Of a stretch of 64,000 nt of DNA, positions 28,158-40,399 are shown one piece after another. Origin of the DNA: Paraspadella gotoi (taxonomy: Eukaryota; Animalia; Chaetognatha); assembly GCA_051294375.1 (NCBI GenBank), contig CM119264.1, forward strand, positions 18,693,581 to 18,757,580. The letters are read 5' to 3'. The position numbers were made by a program, and so were the translations under genes. Position 1 is the first letter of the stretch; every line of letters starts with the position of its first letter. Under the pieces are notes generated by a model. That model did no database searches. It was not told the origin of the DNA and saw only the letters and a list, made by a program, of their open reading frames with translations.

Positions 28158-28208
<51 letters not shown>

Positions 28209-28919
28209 CAGCAAAACAGAAAAATGCCAGAAATGCCACAGTTGCTCCGCTTCCTTCTCCAGTCTTCCAGCTTCCTGGCGAGCCTCACAGTGATCCCCAC
28301 CTTTCTCCTCTATGGTTACATGACTGGCGTCACCTACAAAACGCGGATGCGGTGGCGCAAAATCAGAAACGCCGTCGAGGGATATGACGAGGAGATTGAG
28401 TTCTTCGAACAGCTCACCGGTCGCAACGCCAACGAACAGCTCACCGATCACAACGCCAAGCAACCTCCTACCGGTCACAACGACAACCAACCACATACCG
28501 GTCACAAAGACAACCAACCTCGTACCGGTCACAAAGACAACCAACCACATACCGATCAAAAAGACAACCAACCACATACTGGTCACAAAGACAACCAACC
28601 ACATACCGATCAAAAAGACAGCCAACCACATACCGATCAAAAAGACAACCAACCACATACCGGTCACAAAGACAACCAACCTCATAAAAGTCACAAGGCC
28701 AACGAACAGCTGACCGCTCACAACGCCAACAACTCCGCAGGTTCGGGCCGACGCGGCAGGATCTGCAGCAGTGGCTTTCTGAGCGCCCGTGGCAGCGGCA
28801 TCAGCAGAGGCGGGTCGTGGCTGACGCGGCCGCGGACGTCATTGTGGTATCGCGAGGAGGCGCGACGTCGCGGGGTGAACATCGCAGGGAGCAACATCGA
28901 TATCGAGGACGTTGATTAA
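27006..28919 (+). CDS. Divergent TspO/MBR (translocator protein)-like multi-pass membrane protein with N-terminal extension and C-terminal 9-aa repeat tail, about 464 aa
   Basis: Phase-consistent exons 27006-27116, 27230-27493, 27662-27792, 27865-28096 and 28263-28919. Motif order mirrors TSPO: LALVLPNA~FTLAPSL, ESWTPNTY~PSWHPPHW, VLGAGSWIVY~AMGYGSYLVW, LLYAAFLATHWTH~GLYTGQLALNWAW, RDLNLGL~RQMGWAL and SFLASLTVIPTFLLYGYMTGVTY~SPLAARLLYPYLAWLAFTTTLNY. The gene structure is solid; the family assignment is by eye. Confidence 0.7.
28416..28739 (+). repeat. Coding 27-bp minisatellite, about 12 units, encoding TGHKDNQPH-type repeats
   Basis: Unit ACCGGTCACAAAGACAACCAACCACAT and variants, in frame within the last exon. 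Confidence 0.95.
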
Positions 28920-29806
28920 GGGCGAAGAAGGCGAAGTGGCGAAGTGGTTCGGAGGTGGCGATGGAGTGGATGAAACGGGGAGGGGTGATGGCGGCGTGAA
29001 GAGCTCTCTGATCTATAACTGTCATTCGCTGATTTGTCATTGTTTATTTTTAAAAAAAATGTACTGAACCAGTTTTTGACATCTATACTATGTCTCTTTC
29101 TCTCTCTTTCTCTCTTTCTCTTTCTCTTTTTTTCTCTTTCCTCTTTCTCTAAAAAAATGTCACAACAAGAATGAATGGAATTCCATAAAGAATAGAAATT
29201 GAGATCTCGCCGACGAAGGACAAAGGACAACAAAGAAAATTCAATTCAACAAATCATATTTTCGTTCACTGAAACATTTCCTGGTTCCGTCGTCTCCATC
29301 TATTTTTTTTCTTTTTATTTCTAAGTTTCCAACTCATTTCTTTGTCGTTTTCGTCGTATATTCTTCTGCTTAATATTGCGGAGTATTTTTTGTTTACCAT
29401 ATCTGAGTACACACGGCGTAAAAAAAGTAGTGTAGAAGACACTCCTTTTTAGTGGGTCCCTCCAATAGCTAATAAAAAGAAATATTGCATTCTGTACTAT
29501 TCCAATATTTTTCTTATTTGAAAGATTCTTTTTCGGTTTTTAGTTAGAGTTACGTTTACGCTACCTATATTCAAAAAATAAAATTTTTCTTTTTAGCCAC
29601 TTTTATCACACAGAAAAACTCCGTATTGAATAGCTGTATTTTACTAACTAAGGTATAGAAACAAAAAACAAAGCTTATTGAAAGATGAAGCGATTGGTCC
29701 AAGTCCCATTAAAATAAAAAGTTTATAATATGGAATTGACGAAACAAATACAGTATCAAATATCTGTATGGATACTGTATTGGATACAGGTGTCAACCGT
29801 TTTTAA

Positions 29807-30130
29807 CCGTCTGTCAGTCCGTCCCCCGTAGCTTTAAAATTCAATTACTCAGGAGTGGATCGGGCGATTGACTTGAAATTTTGTGTGAGTGTGAAAATGT
29901 GTGATTGAGCTTGAAATCAAGTTTTGATGGAATCCTTCAAGTAAAAATGTATTTACTGAAAAAATAAAAACCTGCTTCATTGTTTAATTATGTCTTTCTT
30001 GTTTTGATGTAAATGCAAGCTGTAACCACTTTAAATATAACAATTATTTAATTAATTAAATCATCTGATCTGCTGCTTACAGCTAATTGTCTTGAGCAGA
30101 TCCGGAATTTTTTGCTCAAACATTTGTGTT
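29807..30130 (-). mobile_element. Second copy of the Helentron/DINE-1-like (HINE) family
   Basis: The reverse complement contains TTTGAGCAAAA..CCGGATCTGC..GTAAGCAGC (head), GATTCCATCAAAACTTGATTTC..GCTCAATCA (core), AAGTCAATCGCCC and GGACGGACTGACAGACGG. All match the 48872-49555 copy. Confidence 0.75.
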
Positions 30131-30401
30131 TGGTTTGGTCCTGTTGACCGATGCCCATTGCCCAATTGCCCATACGTTGGGTCACAACTGTTCCCTGATT
30201 GTATTTAGGAACTTTAGTTAAAATTAAAAAGATAATTGTCATTTTTTCGTTCGCTTTCAACGATATCGTCAGTATCTTCGTCGTCCCCTTCGTCGTCACC
30301 GTCTTGCCCCACGTCTAAGAGCTTTTTAAAAGGCGCAATTCTACGTCTCGTTTCGTCGCGTTGTTTTCTTTTCGGGCTGCATCAAAAACAAATGAAGGAA
30401 A

Positions 30402-30467
<66 letters not shown>

Positions 30468-31621
30468 TTCAGGCGAATTCGAATGTGAATTTAGATAAAT
30501 CTGGAACTAACGAGCTTTTCTGGTGCTGGCGCTGCGTTCGCCGCTGCCGCTGCCGCCGCCGCTACCACCGCTGCGGTATCCGCCGCCGCCGACAGCGATA
30601 CATAAAAATCTAGTTTCTTTTCTAAAAAAAAAATCGTCTTAGAAATTATTTCTGTCAATCAAACTGAAGATATTTGTACAATGTACAGCAAGAGTGTACA
30701 GGAAAAACGTTCGTACCAAAAGTTAGAAAACCATTATGAAACTCCGCGCTTAGCCTTACCTTATGAGCGTACATGATCGACGTTCTTTTGTGTTATTTTT
30801 TTCGTAGTTTACGTAACGTTGTGGGTGTTTTAAAAATCATTGACGCAAAAGAAAAAATAGATTAAATAATGAGGATTTCAATAAAAATCATGTTTGATTT
30901 TTTTTTTTTTTTTTTTTTTTGCACCCAGAGAAAAATAATTATCACCAAGGTCGTTATAATAATTAATTCATTCGTTTCTGGCTCGACATTAACGATCATG
31001 TCTGAATATCACGATAAAAAAAAAGCTTTTTCTAATGTTAAACATTTCAGAAATATACGTAACTCGTGCAATCTGACGTGGAAACCCGTCGATCTTCCCC
31101 TTGTAATCAGTTCTGGCGAAGCCGAGCAAACCGCTTGAAAAATGGCAGCGAGACGACGTGGTGTTGATGATCCGGGGTGATTAACGTCGGAGTGATTAGC
31201 GTCGGGTGATGATTTCAAGTGATTAGCGGCCGTCGGCGTAGTTTTCGTGACGGAGGTCACCCTTCCCCGTCCCTTAATAGTCTCACGCTTCGCTCCACAT
31301 CTTTGATCTTTGAATGGAGGAAGAAAAAAAAGGAAAAAAAAACTTTTTCCTCTAATATTTTCCTGTTTACTTTCGGCCTTTGTCGGCAGCAGCGTCGGTG
31401 GCGGCGGCGGCTCGGTGGTGGCTCGGCGGTGGCGGCGGAAAAGACGGCGGCCTTAGACGCCATCGCCGCGTCATCGTAGCGGAATGACAAGCAAAACTTG
31501 GCCCGGATATTCCACTGGGTAACGCGTTTTCCCGGACGACGGGGTGCTGCGTGCGGGAAGGAAAAAAAGACTTTCGATGTGTGTGCGCGTGTTGGTGTGC
31601 GGCTCTGTTTTCGTCAGAATA

Positions 31622-31713
<92 letters not shown>

Positions 31714-34700
31714 CTCCTTCCTCCGCTCGTCAAGGTGGCGCAATTCTGACGTCCTCGGCGCTTCCGGCGCCAAGGGACCCATAGGCGTCGAAATTTAAAA
31801 ATCTGCGCCTGAAACCAACGATGGAAAAATGATGCAAATGCGGGGGGAGGAAAAGAAGTTGGGTGAGAGGAGATAAATGGATGAGATGAGGAGGGAAGAA
31901 AGTGGAAGAGGGAGAGGAGGGAGAGGAAGTAGGGAGAGGAAGAAGGGAGAGGAGTGCGAGGGGAGGGGTGGGACTTTGGGAAGGGTTAGAGGCGGGAGAT
32001 TAGAAAGGAAAAGGGTATGAATACATTGAGATAGTAGGATAAGGAAGAAAAGATATTTCGGAAAATAAATTGGGAAGAAGTGTGATATGATTTGATTAAA
32101 TATTGATAAATGTAATTTGTCAAAATGTTCCCAGGCCCTTGGTTCATGACGAAATTCTTTATGTCTTGATTAAATTAAAGTATCACTGATAGTCGTTGAC
32201 TTGGGCTTTGCTCCTCGAGGAGAATCAATGACGCTTTGAGTGAGAGGGACCAAGACAAAAGAAAAGAAAAACAAAACAAAACAAAACAAAACAAAACTGG
32301 TTGAAAATGAGGAGAAACAAGAGAAGGGAGGAGCGAGAGAAGAAATGATGGGGAAGTGATGAGTTGAGGGTTGAAGAAACAGTGAAGGGTGAAAAAAGGA
32401 AAGAGTGAAAAGGTGAAATGGAAAGAGAAGAGATCGAAAGAGAGAGAGAGAGACACACACACACAGAGAAATCAGGGTCGGACCCAAAACCCATCAAAAC
32501 ATCATAACGCGGAGATTCCTAAGCGTTCGCTCGCGCTCACGGGGCGAGAAGACCGCGCACCCGCCGCCCCACCACCCCGCCGCCCACCGCTCGCAGCCTC
32601 CGGTCCCAGCCCCGCCCCTGCCAACCCCGCCCGCCCGCCGACGAAACGTCGAGGGTCTCCGCTCATCCATGTACAACACTTGATGGTGCGAAAGGTAATG
32701 ATGATAATGACGACGACGCCGACGACGACGACGAAGATGATGACGAAGTGGTTAAAACGAACGATCCAGTGACGCGGGAGTAATGACGAAGAGAGAATGA
32801 GATGAAGATGACGTCATTGGTTGAAGCTGATTGAAAGGGATGACTATGAATTTTTTTATATGGTGAGCGAATAATGACATAAGTAACATTAAAAAAAATG
32901 ACGATGGAGAACTGTCATTTATGAATTTTGTGTGGTAATGGTGGTAGTCATAATGATGATAATGGTCATGCTCTTGATGAGTGTTTGAGTGTGTGCCAAC
33001 AAAAAACATCCATCACAGTGTTGAAGGATATTTCGATCAGCGGACCCACTTAATAGCGATACCGACTGACAGACTAATCGCGATAAAACCGAATATCTTC
33101 ATCACTGGTTTGAAAAAAAATTAATGATCAATGGAAGTTCGTCGATCGCAAAAGCAGAGATTCGAGAGAAAATTCATTTCGTCACGAAATCGGAAATCGA
33201 TTTTTATCGAGAAATAAAAATTTTATCTACGGATTTTGTCAACAAAATTTTATTTTTTCAAAACTTTCGGTAAAATTTGGCAAACTCGGAGCGATTTTTT
33301 AAGGATAAATTGTTTTAAAATAAAAACAGTTGACTAAGTGTTTTACAGGACCTCGTTCCCTCACGCGCTCGTCGTTCAAAAGGGAAAGCGAGGAAAGGTC
33401 AAAGAGGAAAGCGGTCGATGAAGGTTCGAGCGGAGAAACGGAGGTGGGCGTGATGTTCGACGGTCGGGGCGGGGAGAAGAGCGATCGGGTCTCGACGTCT
33501 TTAGATTCACCTTTGTCGTGACCTTTAGGACCTTCGGCCTTCGTGGTCCCTCCAACCGTTCACGGTTCTCCCTGACCCCCACCTTATCCCGTTTCCATCC
33601 CTTCCCCTCACCCCTGATCGACCCTCCACTTTCGGCTAACCTCGGATGACCTTCGAATTCTCCGGGCGCCGGGCTGCCCCAGGATTCGCGGAAGGTAAGA
33701 GACTGGAGGGGTGGGATAGTGTGGGGGTGGGGGGTGGGGAGAAAGAGGGCGGATGGAGATAAAAGATGGAGAGGGGGGGTTGTCAGAAAAGGATAGGGGC
33801 GAAGAGCGGAGTAGATTATGGATTTTGAGAGAGTAGCAAGTCAACCTATCGATGGTAAACGAATTAGCGCTTTTATTCAGTCGGCGAAGTAGACTAAAAC
33901 GTTCTCCAATAATTATTAATTTTATTTAATGTGAAAACTTATAAACGCTTGGTAAAAACAAAAGAAAATCTAGCAAAACTAAAAGAGTCACTACGTTTTT
34001 CTTTTACCATTTTTGTTGTTTTTTATCTGTGAAAACTAAAAAGAAAAACAGTAAAAAAAAACCATTGCCTCTTTACCGCCTTCCTTTTCATAAGTGAAAA
34101 CTAAAAACAACAACATCAACAACGACAACAACTTTTCCTTTTAAGTAAAAAATAAAAACATAAGATGAGATCGCCTCTTTTCAAAGGCGTCGAATCGAAA
34201 AAGAGACGCCTTAATTTTTATTCGACGCTGATTTAATTTCCGCGCCGCCTACGTTGCCTTCGCCGCTCGCCACTACTACTACCAGCAGTCCAGCACCCAC
34301 TCTACCCGCCGAGCCGTCGTCGCTGATGCCACTCCACTGCAACGGCTACATCCACCGCCGACGCCGCCATTGTCCCCGCCTCTACCTACAGCGCTACCGC
34401 CGCTACCTTCTTCACCGCCACCGCCCCCGCCAACTTCCTCTCCGACGTCGCCGCTGCCACATCAATTCAGTTTAATTACGTCGAATCTCCCGAGTCTCTA
34501 CAAAGGATAAAACAGGAATAAATCAGTTTTTGTTTATCCGTTTTTTACGCTTTACGCAGCATCCCCCCCCCCACCTCACACGCTCGCTCAAACGTAACTG
34601 TCCCCACTTTCTATTCTCGCAGGGATCGGACCTTTTTATAATTCACGTCTCGTCCTCAGCGCGCGGAAAAATTTGAAAAAATAAACGGGGGTGAGGCTGT

Positions 34701-35895
34701 GACTGTGTGAGTCGGTGGCGGCGGGATTCTCTTTGACTTTGTCGCCCTGGTAAAATGAGCACTGTCGAGATTGCCGAGTCTGCAAAATAAATTTTTTTGA
34801 GATTTGTCGTTTTAAGTAACTTTAACTTTCATAATTTGCCTTCATCACTCCCCCATCTTTTTACGTAATATATATATATATATAAATATAATAATGAATA
34901 TTATATGTATTTATTATATATAATATATATATATTTTGAACGGTTCTCAAGATTACATTCTCTTCATGAAATAGGATTCCTACAACTTTCTATATTTACT
35001 TACTACTTTCCTAGTTAACCTTTCTCCTTTCCTTTCAATCGCCTCCCCTCTTTTCTTTCCATTCCATTGATATGTCTCTCTTCGCTCCACTCGATTGCCT
35101 CTCCCCCCCCCCCAAAGCAGCTCCTCATTTCCTTTTCGGCTCTATTTTTATCCCTCTCTCCATCTAAAGGTCATCCCAGTCTCTTCTCTCGATTTTCCTC
35201 TCTCTCGCGCTTCTCCCAACCTCTGCACTTTTCGCGCCCGCGTTCGACGACCCGCGTTTCATGACAACAAAAACGGAGCTTCCTCCTTCTTTATTCAAAT
35301 TTAGAGCCGCCTCTCTATTCTTCCGTTCCCCCGCCTCCCCAAAGTTACTCTCCCCCTTTCCTCCCCCCACTTAATTCCCCGTTCTCCTTTTAATCTCTTT
35401 ATATTTCCCCCCCCCTCCTCAATGAATCTTCTGCTTCTCTTCTTTTTCTCTGGTGTTTACTCGGGTCTTTGTCCTCCCTTCTTTTTGTCTTTTAGTGTCT
35501 TCATTTAACTTTTACGCTCCTACTTTCCTTCTTGTTTATTCTGGCCGCTCGCTCCCTCGGGCGCGAGCTTTCTCCATTGTCAGCGTTGTTTCGGTTAAAG
35601 CCGACGCTGTCGATGTCTTTGTTGTTGTTTTTCTTGTGGAGGGCGTTGTTGTCGCCGTTGTTGTTGTTGTCGTTTTCAGTGAAGTTGACTCTTGATGGAA
35701 AGGACGAAGTCGCATGCATCGATTGCCTCATTAACCGATGCTTTCTATCGATTGGTGGTTTGCCAATGCGAACACTCAACCGTCCTTTTTTTCCTATTGT
35801 TTCAACCCTCTCCCCGGTCTCCCACTCACTCTGTTCTCTCTCTCTCTCTCTCTGTTCTCTTCTCTCTCTCTCTCTCTCTCTCTCTCCTCTCTCTC

Positions 35896-35936
<41 letters not shown>

Positions 35937-36009
35937 CTCTCTTCCCCCTAGCATCTGCTCTCATTTGCATTAAAACTTTGGACCGCTTTTATCTAATGGA
36001 ATGTCTCTC

Positions 36010-36081
<72 letters not shown>

Positions 36082-36719
36082 CGCCTTTTATTCATCTCCC
36101 CATGAAAACGGGCATCTGCTTTTTGGATTTATTCTCTTTTGCCTTCATTTTGAATACAACGACAACGACAACAACAAGTAAGGAGGAGAATTCATGTCAC
36201 AAACCAATCTTTTTTATCTTTTTTTTTTGCGCAAAACTTTTTCGCGAAATGGGAGATTTCGAGAAACCCGTTTCCTCCGCGTCTCTTCTTTCCCTTTTTT
36301 CTTTTTTCTTTTCTTTTTTCTTTTCTTTTTTCTTTTTTCTTTTCTTTTTTTTTCTTTTTTCTTTTTTTTTCCCTGTAACAGATTTAAGGAAAAGTTTAAA
36401 ATCTTAATTTTGCGGTCGGGATGAAAAGCTGGGCGTTTAGCGGAGAGAGACGTGCTCGGTTTTCAGAGAAGGAATTTAAAAAAAAAAACGGTTTGAACTT
36501 TTCAATAACTAAACCAATAAACTAACCTCAACAAATCAATTGCTTACTAAACCAATCAAATCAATTTGTCTAAAACCTTAAAATCAATATCTACAACAAA
36601 AACAAATTAAGTTATAATTATTCTATCAGAGATCAACCATACATCCCATCCATCCCAGAATGAAAAATCCAAAGATGGAAAATAAAACGCCGCTTGAAAG
36701 TTAGAAGAAATCGTTTTAG

Positions 36720-37061
36720 GTTGTTCGTCGATATAAGATTGGACGTTATCCTTCGACCGCGAAGGTTCCAATCGAGCCAAAGTCGTTTCTGCATCGGCCA
36801 CCCTCACTCGCGCCCCCTTCGCCACCGCCATTCCATCGCCTTCGGTGTCAACATCTGCCAATGCGCGTCAACCTTATTCCCACGACTAAAAAAGTAACGG
36901 CTTGTAACTCAGCGGGCGCCGATTCCGCAGCATCTGGCGTGACGACGCCGACGGCAGCAGCAGCTTCGACTCCGACGGCAGCAGCAGCTTCGACTCCAAC
37001 AAACAAAAAAGTAGACGACGACGTCAAAGGCGACGACGATGAAGGCGACGGAAAAAAATAA
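36720..37061 (+). CDS. Candidate terminal exon of an unidentified low-complexity protein
   Basis: A TTTTAG acceptor precedes 113 open codons (VVRRYKIGRYPSTAKVPIEPKSFLHRPPSLAPPSPPP...PTAAAASTPTAAAASTPT..DDDEGDGKK*), including an in-frame 24-bp duplication. No upstream exon could be linked. Confidence 0.25.
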   Translation, partial: VVRRYKIGRYPSTAKVPIEPKSFLHRPPSLAPPSPPPFHRLRCQHLPMRVNLIPTTKKVTACNSAGADSAASGVTTPTAAAASTPTAAAASTPTNKKVDDDVKGDDDEGDGKK

Positions 37062-37508
37062 AGCCTGGGATGAGGTTAACCGTCGAGTGTTTTTTTTTTT
37101 TTCCTTTTTTCTCTGACAAAACTTTGGACGGCGTCGGTTGTCCCGAATCAGTTAGAGAAAAATGTCTGTTGGACATAAACTCTCGTCGTGATTCGTCGAT
37201 ATCATGTCGTCTTGAACTTAAAGGCTGGAGATTTTTTTTTTAACGATTTCCAAAATGATGTCTTTATTGGCTAAATCAATTGCGGAAGCTAAAAGAGGGA
37301 AGCGACCCGGTCTTCCGTAACTAAATTTAACGCCATCTGAATAAATCAAGCATATAAACGAAAATTGTTTTATAAGTAAATAATGAGTGACAATTTTTTT
37401 TAAATTAAATATATCTGTATCATTTTACTAATTCCTCTTGTAAAACCACAAATCCCATCGCACGTGACGTCCAACGATCCACCCACTTCGTCGCTCCTCT
37501 CACCCACT

Positions 37509-39579
37509 TCATCTTCCTCCCCCGCCATCTTGAGTCGCGAGGCAGACGGCGTCGAAATTGGCCGTGTTGCCATAGTAACGACGACGCCGCGGAAGGACGA
37601 GTCCGAGTTTTGTGGCGCGCGTCACTCCGAGGTTGTGAAAACTTGGGAGAAGAAAACGTGGGCGTTTTGAGAATTCATGCGAAGTCATTTTCAATCCTCT
37701 CCACTCACGAAAAGGCCCTCGACAGCATCTCCCAGAGCTGCTTGCACTGAGACATGAGCTCCACCTCCTTTACATCTTGAAGCTGCTTCCAGGTCATGTG
37801 ACTGAACCGAACGTTTTCCAAAACCTCGGCCGCGTGTTTCAAGCGAGATTTCTGAGAATCGAAAGTGAATTAACATGATTTTATTCCGAAATATTTAATT
37901 ATTTTGAAATAACTCGCCTGGTCGTAGTAGATCCACCTCATGGCGGCTCGAAAAACGAACATTTCGTCGGGAACACGAATCAAATCGGAAGCAAGAATAA
38001 AGAGGACCTGGGATAAATTAAAAAATACAAAGAATAACTTCGCTCCAGTTTAGAAACGTCATTTTTAAAACATGAAAACTTCATTGAATGAAAAATAGAG
38101 CAATCCTTTCCAATTTAGCAATCATTACCTGTTCCAACGTGCACTTGAGAAACTCTTCCGTCGCGGAGAGAGCGAAGAATGACGCCATGACGTCATTGTA
38201 GGCCACGTGGAATCGTTGGTTGCTGCCAGATTCCATTGCGTCAAACAGGGCGGCGAAAGGGTTATCTAGCGGGGCGTCGTCCAAGCAGGGCGAGGCTTTG
38301 CACCCTACCGCGACTGTCGAGGCAAAGTGAAAAAGGGAGATTTGATGAACGAAGAAAGAAGGAAGTAAAACTTTCTCTATTTCTCTCCTTCTCTCCTCTC
38401 CTCTCCTCTCCTCTCTCTCTCTCTCTCTCTCTGCTCTCTCTCTCTCTCTTTTGAAGCGGAATACGATATTTCAAGAATCATTTTAAATTTCTTAGAACTC
38501 TGAAAATAGGCGAAGGAGAATTACCATTTTCGAATCAAAAACGGGAAAGGACGAGGAAACTAACTATAAAGGTATTGGTGAATAAGTCGAATAACATAAA
38601 AATGTGCAAAGTAAAACCATACAATTTGCAAATAACTAGTTAAAGATTATCATCAACGAAGCCTCATGAAAGATTAATTCAGAAAAGAAAGCGGTAAAGA
38701 ACTCCTTGCATTGGTTTAGCTTTTCGATGTAAGGAGAATTAGTTTCTTTCGTTGGTCTGGGACGGACGATTTTCGTTACCGAGGGAAGAAAAGGACGAGA
38801 GAAGTGAGCAAAGGAATTAAAATCTTCATTTTTCCAATTCCGACAATTACTGAAACCAGTGATGCTGATGCCTTTGTTATTGCAGTCGTTGAAGCGGGTG
38901 TCGTCGGTCTTACAAACATGCGAGCGCGTCTTAGAGTTAGAATATTATCATGTATAAAGTAACTAGGAAATTGAACTCTGAAATCCAATTTTTGTCACCG
39001 CCAACGCCTCCAACCCCCCCCCCCTCCAGCGAGGCCATCGACACGGAATGAGAAAAGAAAATTGGCTGACGTCAAGAGAGAACGAAAAGCAAAGAATCGT
39101 GCGCCCAATCAGCTTTAGTCGCCCGGGCGATCACCTCAAACGCCGCCAAAACCTCCTAACGACTTATCTCCCCCAGCCCCCCTAACAACTACAACTTAGT
39201 TAAATTAAGGGGGGGAAAAAGTTCGTTAAAAGTGATCGTCGCTAGACTCAATCTGTCGACGGATCAAACGAAGTCCCTCCCTTCCCCGTTGGACACGATT
39301 CTTTTATAACCGGATAAAAAACCCGGCGGCCAAGGACGGCCTTTAACGACCATCTTTTCGCTCTTTCCTTTCGGCTTTTTATGGCCGCGACGGTTGGCAG
39401 CCGCCGCGGCCGCTCCCGGCTTTCGGCGCCGCGCAGACGCTGACGAAGGCGCGCGAGACACGCGCGCGGCGGCCGCTTCCGTCGGTCGTCGGCGCGCGAT
39501 TACGTTTCTTCGAGTCAAGCAAAGAGGCGATGGATCGAAGTTGCGTGAATGAAATCCTCGCTAAGGAGAGAGAGAGAGA

Positions 39580-39616
<37 letters not shown>

Positions 39617-40363
39617 AGAGAAGAGAGAGAGAGAAGACGAGAGAGAGAAGAGACAACAGACAGACAGAGGCAGAAAGAGATGACACAAAGAAGAAAAAGG
39701 GAGAGAATAGAGAACAAATTTATTATTAGAAAAAATAAAAAGAAATTTTTCCCTTAATTCCCCTTTTCCTTCAGGGGAAAATAAAAACAAAAAAAAAACA
39801 AGACAAAACCAATAGAAAACTAAAAAAAAAAAACAATTCGAGAGGGCGCTCCGACCTCGCTATCGCGTGCGCCGACGATGGCGAACGCCAACGACGGAAA
39901 GTCACGCGCGCGCGATTCCCGCCGGAAATTCGCGCCAAAATCCGTCGACCGAGTTACGCGACGTTACTGTCTCTCGTAAAAATCGCCGAAGGACGTTGGC
40001 GAAACAAAAAAGAGGAAACGTTGACGTCAGGTCACGTCGTCGTTCGTTGTCGCCTTCGTTGTTGTTGTCGTTGTTTTTAATTATGTATTCCAGTCAGGGG
40101 ACATCACGTTATGTAGTGAATTTTAGTTGTCGTTTTCATTATCATCAATTACAAGGTTTTGTTAGCGCTGTCCGAAGGGTTTCCGATAACAATGTTCTTG
40201 AAGGCTTTTCCTGTTGTTGTTGTTGTAGTTGTTGTTATTGTCGTTGTTTTGCCTACTGCTTCTCCTCTGACCGATCTTTTTTACGATCCTTTTGTTAAAA
40301 CGTCGCTTCTTCTGTTTTTCACGACTTTTCGGTGTCGTCGTCTTCCCCGTTGGCGTCGTCGTC

Positions 40364-40399
<36 letters not shown>

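Noticed and set aside
28107-28721. Antisense 204-aa hydrophobic ORF (GMWLVVFVT repeats)
   Set aside because: It is the shadow frame of the coding minisatellite and the GA tract.
28416-28739. Regularly spaced 27-bp repeats as a CRISPR array
   Set aside because: The units are contiguous with no unique spacers, lie in frame inside a eukaryotic exon, and have no cas genes nearby.
33543-33560. TGGTCCCTCCAACC resembling miR-133
   Set aside because: The match is partial and there is no complementary precursor arm.
38780-38929. Signal-peptide-like MKILIPLLTSLVLFFP or a 150-nt exon upstream of the BACK exon
   Set aside because: Its phase is incompatible with the 38313 acceptor, whereas exon 42053-41785 joins in phase, so it is treated as intronic.
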